From Chiloscyllium plagiosum (taxonomy: Eukaryota), in the NCBI RefSeq assembly GCF_004010195.1, contig NC_057726.1, positions 69,115,418 to 69,179,417 of the forward strand: a stretch of 64,000 nucleotides of DNA, in the 5' to 3' direction. Both the position numbers and the translations under genes were made by a program. This document shows, in pieces, positions 51,922 to 63,630 of this stretch. The stretch's first letter is position 1, and every line of letters starts with the position of its first letter. Below the pieces are notes generated by a model. It searched no databases and was not told the origin of the DNA. It worked only from the letters and a program-made list of their open reading frames with translations.

Positions 51922-52369
51922 TGCTTCCAATTAAACCTGTTGGACTATAACCTGGTGTTGTGTGATTTTTAAATCAATTAATCGTACGTGATGGAATTGG
52001 AACTCAAGATACCAAGATGTTACTCATGTTTCTCGATAACTAGTCCAATGATAACATCATTAACTCAGTACCTCCCTTCAGCTGTTCCTATAATGATTAA
52101 AAGCTTGCCTGGTATTTTTGACATTAATTACAATTTTCCTTACACTTAGCTTGTATATTATCCTAACTATACTCTCTAGTCCACTCTGCTTAGTAGCGGA
52201 ATTTGCCATGGATAATGCACATAGTTTTAAATTAATTAAGAAATGTGCAATATTTCATAATGTTTCCTATAGAGTCATTGTCATAGTGTCATAGACGTAG
52301 ATAGTAGAGAATAAAAATGCCCTTCAGTTCATTGTGTCCACCCTGGCAAAAGAAAGCACCGAAAGATTG

Positions 52370-52730
52370 AACTTACAGAGGTTTAAAAATCATGAGGGCC
52401 ATGAATAGAGGAAACAGACAAGGTCTATTCTTGGGGGTGAGGTATCAATAACCAGACGGCATGGGTTAATGGTGAGAGAGAAATACTTAAAACAGATCTA
52501 AGGCACAAATTTATTATGCAGATGATGGTGCGTGGAACGAGCTGGTAGAGGATGTGATGGAGGCTTGTACAATAACACCATTTAAAAGGCATCTGGATGG
52601 ATAAATGAACAGGAAGGGTATAGAGGGAAATGGGTCTAAAGCTGACAAATGGGCTGGATTAATTTAAGATATTTAGTCAGTGTGGACGAGTTGGGCCGTA
52701 AGATCTGTTTCTATGCTGCATATGACTCTA
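52370..52730 (+). mobile_element. CR1 3' fragment
   Basis: Degenerate ORF2 end and 3' UTR. Confidence 0.75.
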
Positions 52731-53169
52731 AATCTTCCAATCCCATTTTCCAGCACCAGGCTCATAGCCTTGGATATGTTACGATCACAGCTGCATTTTG
52801 TAAATAATTTGAACTTTCTTTGAATGACCTGAAACAGAAATAACATACTGTTGGTTAATCATTAGCTGAAAAATTCTTCAGCTATTAATCAATTCAAATT
52901 CCTTCCGCTAGGTGGTATGATTTGGCAACATATTATCACAAAAATACCCTCTCGGAGTTAAATCTCTTGCGGTCATTCGCGTGAAATTAATAATTTTGTA
53001 AACTAGATATATGAAACAGGCAGTTTCTCTAAACTAACAGCCTGGTAAGAACAAGTCACCTCCATGTTTAAGGCTGTTAACAGAATTGAACAAACCCTCA
53101 GTGATGCATTTTAAAACGGAACAGTGAGCATAGCCTTCAGGACTCTGGATCATGACCATATTATCTACA

Positions 53170-53820
53170 ATTACAATTAAAGTCCTTTTTCTTCTCCCTC
53201 TTGAATGGTTCTCTGTGTCATGGTGCTACAATTAGTTTGATCATCATCTGTACAACACATGTTCTTGTCCATATAGGGAGCAAGAATCTCAAACCTATTA
53301 GGCAAGTTCAAAGGCTTAGGTTCCTTCACCAGGATCTCCTGGATCCTTCTATCTGCCTCGCTCATCGTCGGAAAAAACAGAAATTTCTGCAGGACCTGTG
53401 GAAAGAAAGCAGAGTTCGTGTTTTGAAGTCTGTGCCCCCCCCCCCCCTTCTGAACTTCAGTTTTGGTCTGCTGAGAGCTTTCCCAGCAGTTTCTGTTCCT
53501 GATTTCCCGCAATTTCTATTCTTTTGGGATTTTGCTCTAAGTCACACACACCGTCCCCCCTCGACGATGATCACTGGCTGAATTGGAGATCGTTAAGCTG
53601 AGGAGTGTGACTGCTTCCAGAAATACAGCATTCCAGGTAACTGTCTCCCTCCCTGGCGTTTTATCGAGTCTGAAGCTCAGCTCCAACTCAACCACTGTAA
53701 GCTGGTGTTCCTCAAGTAACCAACACTTGTTTTCTGGGTGTGGTCATTATTAACCACAAAGGGGTTCACCAGGTCCCACACCATGCAGGTTCAACACATC
53801 GCCTGATGCAGTATTTCTGT
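53170..53820 (-). mobile_element. CR1 ORF1 remnant with an inserted short element
   Basis: PLNLPNRFEILAP and ELELS-like zipper region. Confidence 0.6.
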
Positions 53821-54666
53821 TTTATTTAATTAGTTCTCTCAATTTGCCTTTGTTTTTAATTTACATCCGGTATTTAAATTAGAACTTTTTCATCCTATTT
53901 ACCTTCATTTTGAAAGTAACCTATAATAAACAGTCAAATTAGTAGCTAATATCAACCAATGAATTAAGAAGTTTCCTATGACGTTACTCTTCTTATTGAT
54001 GCGAAACTCAGAGATGGCAAATAGACATCTCGCGTATTTTGATTTAATCCCTCCCCTTCCCTTTTTGATCACGCAACATTGCCTTTTGGTGAAAACGGCA
54101 TCGCTTGTCACAGGCTACCCTGCTGTTTCCTTTCTTCCTGGTAGTGAAAATTGAATGAAAATTTGTACACCTGTTGTCTTTCACTGCAATTCACACTCGC
54201 ACACACACAACATGGGTGCTGGGGAAAATAAAAGCACTCCCGCAGATAGGCGATAATGTGGGGGATTTAAAAAAAAACTCTTGCCTTTGGGGCTAAAAAT
54301 AAAATCTGAAGTTGTAGTGGAGGAAATTAGATTTGAAAACTCTCCTCTGACCTGATGTCTGTATCTTCATTAATATTTTGGCTGAGGTTTGTGTGAATGT
54401 TTCTGTCTCATTTTAGTGAGGTGATCCTGTGATAATTCTCAAGTCTTCCTGACGGATTTCCCCTTTCAGCTATTAAGCCAGGCTCAAAACTATTCATATT
54501 GCTAAGCCATCATTGTTCACAGATCTGGAGACCTTGAACAAAATATATTTCATTGTTTAATATCAAATACAATATGTCAGAGATCCTGGTCGGGTTTTTC
54601 CTTCATTCATTTGTGGGAAGTGAACATCGCTGGCTGGCCAGCATTAATTGCCCATCCTGAGTTTTT

Positions 54667-54785
54667 AGATTAGATTAGATTAGATTAGATTACAGTGTGG
54701 AACGGCCCAACAAGTCCACACCGCCGAACCCGGGTCTCTGGCGCTGTGAGGCAGCAGTGCTAACCACTGTGCCACCGTGCCGCCC
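54667..54785 (-). mobile_element. Internally deleted SINE (tRNA head fused to tail)
   Basis: Head and (taatc)n tail present; central domain missing. Confidence 0.85.
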
Positions 54786-56030
54786 TTGTGAAGGTAGTGA
54801 TGAGATGCCTTTTTGAATCACTGCAGTCCACCTGCTGTGGGTTGACCCACAATATCATCATTGAGGGAATTCCAGGATTTTGACCCAGCGAGAGTCAAGG
54901 AACTGCAGTATATTTCCAAGTCAGGGTGTTGAATGCTTTGGAGGGAAAGTTGAAGGTGGTGGTCTTACCATGTATAAACTGCCCTTGTCCTTCCAGATGG
55001 ACATGTTTGTCGGTTTGAAACGTGCTGTCTGAGGATCTTTGGTGAATTTCTGCAGTCTATTGCATTGTTCTGGCTGTTATCAAGCTTCTTGAGTGTTGTT
55101 GGAGCTGCGCTCATCCAGGCAAGAGGATAGTACTCCATCACACTTCTGACTTGTTCCTTGTAGGTGTTGACAGTCTTTGGGGCATCAGGAGGTAAGTTAC
55201 TCATCACAGTATTCCTAGCTTTTGACCTGTTTTTGTAGCCATTGTATTTATGTGGTGAGTCCAGTGAGTTTCTGGTCAATGATAACCATTGGCATGTTGA
55301 TTATGGACAATTCAGTGATGATATCATGGGACGGCAGTCAGATTGTCTCTTCTTGGTGATGATCATAGCCTGACATTTGTGTGCTGCAAATGTTACTTGC
55401 CACTTGTCAGTCCAAGTCTGAATGTTGCCCAGATCTTGTTGCATTTGAACAGGGACGTCTTCAGTATCTGAGGACTCATGAATGGCGCTGAACATTGTGC
55501 AAGCATTGGTGAACATCTCCCCTTCTGAACTTATGATGGAGGGACTATCACTGATGAAGCAGCTGAGGAGGTTTGGGTCTAGTACACTACCCTGAGGAAT
55601 TCCTGCAGAGATGTCCTGAGGTTGAGATGACAGACCTCTAACCCCATTTCCATCTTCTACCTGTCAAGAATGACTACAACCATCAGAGAGTTTGCTCCTG
55701 ACACCCATTGCTTCCAGTTTTGCGATGACTCCTCAATCCATACCCGGTCAAATGTAGCCTTGGTATCAAAGGATGCCACTTACACCTCACCTCTGCAATT
55801 CAGCTCTTTTTTTCTGTATTTGAACCAAGGCTGTAATGAGATCAGGAGCAAAGTGGCCCTGGCGGAACCCAAACTGGGCATCACTGAGTATGTTATTGCT
55901 GAGCAGATGCTGCTTGATAGCATTGTTGATGAAACCCTCCATCACTTTAATGATGATCCAGATTAGACTGATGGGGTAGTAATTTGCCAGATTGGATTTG
56001 TCTTGATTTTTTATGTACAGGACATACTTG

Positions 56031-56160
56031 GGAGAAAGTGAGGACTGCAGATGCTGGAGATCAGACTCAAGCAGTGTGGTGCTAGAAAAGCACAGCAGGT
56101 TAGGTAGCATTTGAGAAGCAGGAGAGTCAACATTTCGTGCATAATCCCTTCATCAAGAAT
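56031..56160 (-). mobile_element. Penelope-type short element with degenerate hammerhead core, nested in the LINE
   Basis: Minus strand reads ttgatgaagggattatgcacgaaatgttgactctcc. Confidence 0.6.
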
Positions 56161-57939
56161 GACATACTTGGTCAATTTTTAACATTGTCGGGTAGATGCC
56201 AGTGCTGTAGCTGTACTGGAACAGCTCAGCTACGGGAGAAGCAATTTCTGGTTGACAAGTCTTCAGTGCTGATGCTGGAATGTTGTCAAAGTCTATATAG
56301 CCTTTGCAGTATCCAATGCCTCCAACCATTTCTTGATATCACGTGAAGTGGATTGAATTGGCTGAAGACTGAATGATAGGAATTGCTGGATGAGGCCATG
56401 ATGAATAAGTCACTCGGCACTTCTGGTTGAAGATTGCTACGATTCCCTCAGCCTTATCTTTTGCATTAATGTGCTGGGGTCTTCCATCATCGAGGGGTAT
56501 ATTTGTTGAGTCTCCATCTCCAGTGATTTATTTAATCATCCACCACCGTTCACAACTGGCAGGACCGCAAAGTTTAGATGTGATCTGTTAGTCATGGGAA
56601 CACTTAGATCTGTCTACCACTTTCTGCTTATGTTGTTTTGCATGCATGGAATTCTGTTTGGTGGCTTCACCGTGTTGACATTCCATCTTCAGCTATGCCT
56701 GGTGCTGCTGCTGGCATGCCCTCCTGCACTCGCCATTGAACTAGGATTAATCCCCTAGCTTGATGGCATTGGTTGAGTGGGGGATATGCCGTGCCATGAG
56801 ATGACAGATTGTACTGGAGTACAGTTTTATTGTTATTGATCATCCACAGTGCCTCAAAGATGCCCAGTCTTTAGTTGCTAGATCTATTCAAAGTCCCATT
56901 TAGCACACTGATATTGTCACACAACACAATGGAGATTTTTCTCAATGTGAGGGTGGGACTTCGTTTCCACAAGGTCTGTGTGGTTGTCAGTATTATCAAT
57001 ACTGTTGTGGATAGATTGATAAGGATAAGGTCAAACATGTTTTTCTCTCTTGATGGTTCCATCACCACCTGCAACAGATCCAATCAAGTAGCTATGCCCC
57101 TTAGGACCCGACCAAATCAATCAGTAGTATTGCTGCTGAGCCACTGTTGGTGATGGACATTGAAATCCCCCACCCAGAGTACATATTGTGCCCTTGCCAT
57201 CCTCAATGCTTCCTCTAAGTGATGCCACCATGGACCAATATTGATTCATCAGATGAGAATGACTGTATGCGGTAATCAGCAGGAGATTTCCTTAACTATG
57301 TGGAGTTGAAGTCTTGAGCCTTCGTGGGTTCGGCAGTCAGTGTTGACGACTCCCTGAGAAACTCCCTTTCGACTGTACAGCACTGTGCCACCACCTCTGC
57401 CAGGTTTGTCCTGATAGTGGGACAAGGCATTTCCAGGATGGTGTTGAGTGGTGCCTGGGACATTGTCAGTAAAGAATGAAACAATGAGTATGACTAAGGC
57501 AGACTGTTGCTCGAATAGTCTGTGAGATTGCTTTCCCAATTTTGGCACTGGCACTGAGGTGTTAGTAAGGAGGACTTTCCAGGTTTGACAAGGGTCGTTC
57601 TACCATTGTCTGTTCCGGTACCTGGCTTGTACAATAAGAATCCAATCGCACATGCAGCAGGTTGATGGAAAATGTGGATGGCTAGAGGAAGAATAGAGGC
57701 AGAGGTAACACAGCGAGAAGACCGAGAACCAGCTGAACATCTGAGTTCAAAATACTACATGATCAGTGCGTTAAATACCAGATGTTAGGGAAAAACAAAA
57801 AATTGAAAGGAATAAGCAAATTCTGAGCAGGTGCATAAGGGAATTCTTATAGTTGATTTGGAATCAAGTATAAGTAAAAGTGATTATGAACTGATGAAAG
57901 GTCCGTCGGAACACACTCATGCACTAATATACACATAGA

Positions 57940-58285
57940 TATCATAGAATCACTACAGTGTGGAAACAGGCCATTTGGCCCAACAAATGCACACCGACCC
58001 TCCAAAGAGTAACCCAACCAGACCCATTCCTCTACCCTACATTTCTCTCTGACTAACGTACCTAACCTATGTCTCTGAATATTATGGGCAATTTAGCATG
58101 GCCAATTCACTGAACATACACATCTTTGGATAGTGGGAGGAAACCAGAGAACACGGAGAAAACCCACGCAGACACGGGGAGAATGTGCAAACTCCACACA
58201 GGCAGTCGCCAGAGGATGGAGTTGAACCCAGGTTCCTAGGCACTGTGAGGTAGCAGTGCTAACCACTGAGTGGCTGTGTCACCCT
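57940..58285 (-). mobile_element. HE1/V-SINE-type SINE
   Basis: SINE consensus. Confidence 0.9.
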
Positions 58286-59059
58286 GCAGCCATACCACGT
58301 CAAGAATATATGTGTCAACCATTCCACCAGAATAAGGTAAGCTCTCATCAAAATATAGCACAAAAACATATGACCCAAAAGTAATACCAACACACTTTGT
58401 CTTTCATATACAGCGCAAGGTACTCACATAAGATATACGCAGACATATTAGCCCAAAACACAAATAACTTGTAACAAGCTATAACGAGAAAATATACTAA
58501 TTTATGTCATACATACATGACATGAAAAACTGAGTAATTCATGGGGACCCTGTCCTCAGCAAAACTATTGGAGGTCTCCAGGGAAAGATGTTACGAGTGC
58601 GGATTTTATACAAGCAGATCCACATGTGCTCCAACAACAGTACTACTCAATTAACGACTATTGTATGGCTCAATTGCCAACAACTGAATTAAATGATAAC
58701 TAGGAGTGGGAATCATGAAAAATACGATGACTAGGTAGGTGACACTTATGAGTAGCACTCCTCAGCAATATTGTATAGCACCATCACCTGGAGCAGTAAT
58801 GCGATGCCAACAGAAACTCTGAGCAATGACCAGCAAAACCGAGTTTCCACCAAAAGGAAAACACGGTCACGAGTATCACTGAGCACTCATTGGGATCACC
58901 GTCAAAAGTTAAATAGTGTGAAGTTACAGCAACAGAAGTACTTAGACATCAGAAAAAAAATCTCATTGTAGGAATTGTCATAATCAATTGAAAAAAATCA
59001 GATCAACAGCAAGTTTTCCATCATAAACAGTTGAAAACAGACACGAAAATATATAAAGA

Positions 59060-60460
59060 ACAGCAAAGAACAAATTAAATTACACCACAGGAACATGCCC
59101 TTCGGCCATACAAGTCTGTACGGATCCAGATCCTCTATCTAAACCTATTTACTAAGGGTCTACATCCCTTTGCTTCCTGCCTGTTCATTTATCTGTCTAA
59201 ATGCATCTTAAATAACGCGATTGTGTCCGCCTCTACCACCTCCACTGTAACGTGCTCCAGGCATCCACCAGCCTCTGCATAAAGAATTTTCCACGCATAT
59301 CTCCCCTAAACGTTTCCCCTCTCACTTTGAGCTTGTGACCCATCATAATTGAGATCTCCACTCTAGGAAAAAAAAATCTTGCTATCCACCCTATCTATAC
59401 CTCTCATAGTTTTGTAGACATCAATCAGGTCCCTGCTCAACCTCCATCTTTCTAATGAAAATAATCCTAAAATACTCAATCTCTCTTCATTGCTAGCACC
59501 CTCCATACCAGGTAACAGCCTGGTGAACCTCCTCTGCACCGTTTCCAAAGCATCCACATTCTTTTGGTAATGCACTACCAGAACTGTGCATAGTAAACCA
59601 AAGTCTTATATAACTGTAACAAGACCTGCCAATTTGTACTCAATTACGCGTCTGATGAAGGAAAACATGCCATATGCCTTCTTGACCACTCTATTGACCT
59701 GCATTGCCACTTTCAATGAACAATAGACCTGAACACCCAGATCTCTCTGTACATTAATACTCCCCAGGATTTTTCCATTTACTGTATAGTTCGTTCATGA
59801 ATTGGATCTTCCAAAACACATCAATCACATTTGCCAGGATTGAACTCCATCTGGCATTTTTCGACCCAACTCTCGAATCTATCTACATTCTGTTGTATTC
59901 TCTGACAGTCCTCTTCACTATCTGCTACTCCAACAATCTTAGTGCCATTTGAGAACTTGCTAATCAGACCACCTATACCATCCTCCAGACCATTTATGTA
60001 TATCATAAACAACAGTGGTCCCAGCACAGATCCCTGTGGAGATTCACTGGTCACAGATCTCCATTTTAAGAAACTCTCTTCCAACAGTCTCTGTCTCCTA
60101 TTGCCCAAGCAGTTCTTTATCCATCTAGTAAGTACACCCTGGAACCCATGCAACTTCACTTTCTCCAATAGCCTATCATGGGGAACATTATCAAATGCCT
60201 AACTTAATTCCACGTATATGATATCTGCAGCCTTTCCCTCATCAATCAACTTTGTCACTTCCTCAAGTAATTCTATTAAGTTGGTAAGACATGACCTTCC
60301 CTGCTCAAAACCATGTTGCCTGTCACTAATAAGCCCATTTTCTTCGAATTGGGAATGGATCCTATGCCTCAGTATCTTCTCCAGCAGCTTCTCTACCACT
60401 GGCGTCAGGCTCACCGGTCTATAATTACCTAGGTTATGCCTGTTGCCCTTCTTAACACAT
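59060..60460 (-). mobile_element. CR1 LINE, 5'-truncated
   Basis: [19 protein letters not shown] and ETVQRRFTRLLPG motifs. Confidence 0.93.
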
Positions 60461-60569
60461 CGGGTACATGTCAATGAATGCACCTAGTTATCAGCAGTAC
60501 TCTGTACCAGTACATAGGTCAGCAGCAGGAAAAGAACTGCTAACATTGCGCAATTGCTAGTAAAGTTCT

Positions 60570-60826
60570 ATTGAATCCCTACAATGTGGAAACATGCCAT
60601 TCGGCCCAGCAAACCCACAACGACCCTCCCCAACTTCACATTTTCCTGACTAAAGCACTTAGCCTTCATACTAAGCGCTTTGCATTGCCAATTCACCTAA
60701 GATGTACATCTTTGGATTCTGGGGGTAAACCAGAGCAACCAGAAGAAACTCGCGCAGACACAGGGAGCATGTGCAAGCTGCACACAGTGAGGCAGCATTG
60801 CTAACCACTGAGCCATCGTTCCGCCC
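60570..60826 (-). mobile_element. HE1/V-SINE-type SINE (older copy)
   Basis: Diverged SINE consensus. Confidence 0.8.
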
Positions 60827-61254
60827 TGGAAATATATGCTTGGCAGTTAGCAGAATCGTTTCCCCCAAAGAATTATTGTTTCGAGACAGACATTTGCTGA
60901 ATATTTTGTTTACTTTTGGATGATGTTCCTTTCCATGCTTTCCATGAATGCCGTAAGAACTGCTTCTCAGTTACAGAGTGCCAGATCAGCTGGGTGTCAG
61001 TCACGGTGTCGCGGACTCAACACCAAATCACCATTCCTTCAAAAAGAATCATGGTGCCACCGAGACGAACAGCTGAGTTTCCACAGCATACAGCCGTCTG
61101 AAAGCCCGAAGGTGCAGTCAAACTGGTTAATTTCACAATCTGTCAAGAGCTACAGCAATGCAGAAATGTTAAATGGATGTAGAAATGTTCCATATTGTGG
61201 TTAAAGGTTAATGAAAGGTGGGTGGTTTGAAGTTCCACAACGTGCTGTCAACTC

Positions 61255-61275
61255 TGACGTCAAACAGAAACCACA
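61255..61275 (+). promoter_or_regulatory. Perfect CRE plus RUNX consensus upstream of gene C
   Basis: TGACGTCA at 61255-61262 and AACCACA at 61269-61275, ~150-170 nt before the ATG. Confidence 0.55.
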
Positions 61276-61426
61276 GCCTTGATGTTGGAGATTCAGTTAT
61301 ATTTGCTCAGATTTATTGCAACACCCTGAATAGCATTTAATCTTCTAGTGCCTCTATCCATGCCACACTTTTATGACTTTTTTCAGTGACTGAAGAAAAG
61401 GTTTGAGTTCATCGAATTTGATCAAA

Positions 61427-61481
61427 ATGTATGGAATTGCAATATCTTGTTACCTGTCAATCTTCGGCATTTTCTACACAG
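61427..61481 (+). CDS. Gene C leader exon
   Basis: MYGIAISCYLSIFGIFYT followed by G|gtatac. Confidence 0.9.
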
Positions 61482-61590
61482 GTATACAAAATAAAACTTG
61501 TTTGATAAATAGCAAAGTTAGCAAAGATTGTGTGGAGAAATTTACTTCGAATCCACGCTTACATTTGTGCGTTTCTTCTTTTTCTGACAG

Positions 61591-61911
61591 ATGCCAACGA
61601 AACCCCTTTCTCTGTGACTCAAGTCCCCGCATGCCTGACTGAAGTGGAAGGTATAAATGTGTCCATGTATTGTTCCATTCCGCTATTCTCTCACAACCCA
61701 GCAGTAGACGTTTACTGGCAGAAAGGCGACCAGGGCAAAACTTTGGATCTGACTGCGGACCAAAGGAAAATAATGTTACCATTCAAGCAAGGATCCACTG
61801 AGCTCCAACTGGTCAATCTACATTTCCAGGACTCTGGAATCTATTATTGCAGCATTAGGGTCTCTGGCAGGAAGGTTTTCAATGGAAATGGGACAAGGCT
61901 GATCGTACATG
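61591..61911 (+). CDS. Gene C germline-joined VJ-type Ig exon, intact; gene continues beyond the window
   Basis: ttctgacag|DANETPFSVTQ..VSMYCSIP..VDVYWQKG..ELQLVNLHFQDSGIYYCSIRVSGRKVFNGNGTRLIVH G|gtgagt. Confidence 0.95.
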
Positions 61912-62682
61912 GTGAGTATCACTAAACTCTTAATCGCAAGTGTAAACATACACAGCTCTGAAAGGATATTTCACAGAATAAAGTAAAGTGTGCTCGTTGT
62001 TCACGTCTCTTGCGTTTGCCTCACCCCTGCAATGTCTCATGAATCAGTTAGTGTCATTCAGAAAGCTGACTTCTGTTCATCAATGTACTCGAATCCAGCA
62101 TAACCTATTGAAATATCTCTTATTTGTTCAAATAATTTAAAATATTATGGACATTTTATTGCATTTATATCACAACTTGTTTGTGTGGTTTAGTGAATTT
62201 ACATTCAATTGCTCCATTTGAAATCATTAAATATTTGTGTGATGCTCTCAGCCACCTATTTGTAGCATTCTGATCCTATCTTGACGAAGAAAGGGTGCTA
62301 AGTGTTCAAGTAAGCATTCTATTGACTGCGCAGGGAAGTTAGCTGTGCTCGTTATCCCTTGCGGGCTTCTCTCCTGCCTTTGTCGGTAATAAGCCCATGG
62401 ATTTGAGAGTTTGTGTTTAAGCAGGTTTGTTACATACCGGAGAGTATTTAGTAGATGACGGAGTATCCCAATAATGAAGGATGGGAATACTTGCAGACCT
62501 GTGTTTACTGTATTCAGACTGCTGTGGAATATTGTTGGAGCAATATGCATACAGAATTTACCCGGTATTACATCATAATATTTGGTTGTAGCTGGCAAAG
62601 AGAGAACCCCTCAGTCTTTTGTTACAGAATCCATGCAGTTTCTGGCCACCCATGTCCGATTCACTGTCTGATTCAAACATGG

Positions 62683-63205
62683 AAAAACAGAAATTGCTCG
62701 AGAAACTCAGCAGGACTGTCAGTGTCTGTGGAGAGAAATCAGAGTTGACGTTTCGGGTCTATTGACTGTTCAGAACTCTGAATTCTGCTTTCTAAATCTG
62801 ATTTCCAGCATCTGCAATTCGTTTGTTTTATTTTACAAACATGGAAAATTTGATTGACCTGATGTTCATTTACTTTAAAAGATCCAACGTGTAGAGTCAT
62901 AGAGAGTAATAGAGTATCATCGCAAAAAATAAAATTAATGTATCAATGAAATCTTATTTGGATTCATTTAATTCATTATTCTCATTGCTGAGAGTAGAGC
63001 TCCACTGTATTTACCCTGAGCACACAGTCTTTTCCTGACTGTTGATAGAATCAGTCAGGATGCAGTAATGGACTCAGCCAGGATACAGTATGGCTGAAGA
63101 AGGGAAGGTTCTGCAGGAGGATTTAGCAGAATCGAAACGTTAACTCTGCTTTCTCTCCAGAATGTTGCCAGCTCTGCTGAGTTTCTCCAGTAATTCTGTT
63201 CTTGC
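62683..63205. mobile_element. Two Penelope-type short element fragments
   Basis: gaaactcagcagg..gagttgacgtttcgg, and ctgaagaagg..cgaaacgttaactctg..ctgctgagtttctcc. Confidence 0.55.
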
Positions 63206-63330
63206 TACAGTATGCCAGTCAGCATATCACAAAATTCGAAATGGGGGATAAATATGCTGGATTGAGTGAAAATAAAACAAAGTTACACCAAAACAGCAAC
63301 ATTATATATTGCACATTAAACAATAATATA

Positions 63331-63630
63331 TGGCACGGTGGCTCACTGTTTAGTACTGCTGCATCACAGCATTGGGATCTGGGTTCAATTCTCTGTGTCG
63401 GCGCGAGTTTCCTCTGGGTACTCCGGTTTCCTGCCATAATCCAGACATGTGCAGGCTAGGTGAATTGGCCTTGCTAAATTGCTCACAGAGTTGATGGATG
63501 TGTAGGTTAGTTGCATTAGTTAGGGGTAAATGATAGGGGAATGGGTCTGGGCGGGTTACTCTTCGGAGTGTCGCTGTGGTCGGTTGGATTCAATTTTAAA
63601 AGAAAACTTGGCGGCATGGGCCGAAGGCCC
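63331..63630 (+). mobile_element. HE1/V-SINE-type SINE (older copy)
   Basis: Diverged SINE consensus. Confidence 0.85.

Larger units (their letters stand above)
51762..51972. mobile_element. Palindromic Penelope-type insertion with TSD
   Basis: 87-bp inverted arms 51794-51880 and 51886-51972 (2 mismatches); direct repeat atcaattaatcg at 51750-51761 and 51973-51984. Confidence 0.9.
54600..57610 (-). mobile_element. Decayed CR1/L2-superfamily LINE (EN-RT)
   Basis: GRGGGTVLY, FDLILIN, NYYPISL..AQFGFRQG, WTDKWQVTF and VRSVMEY motifs. Confidence 0.88.

Noticed and set aside
51794-51972. DNA-transposon MITE or miRNA gene
   Set aside because: Asymmetric ends, a long TSD and hammerhead cores fit a Penelope-type retroelement better.
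61427-61911. Assigning the symbol NCR3, SIRPA or a TCR/Ig V name
   Set aside because: The resemblance is architectural only; orthology cannot be shown without a phylogeny.
61912-62100. Recombination signal sequences next to the V exons
   Set aside because: No CACAGTG-spacer-ACAAAAACC seen; the V exons end directly in splice donors.
62455-62748. 97-aa ORF as the C1 exon of gene C
   Set aside because: No FYP, WYK or CxVxH motifs, and its 3' end is repeat-derived.
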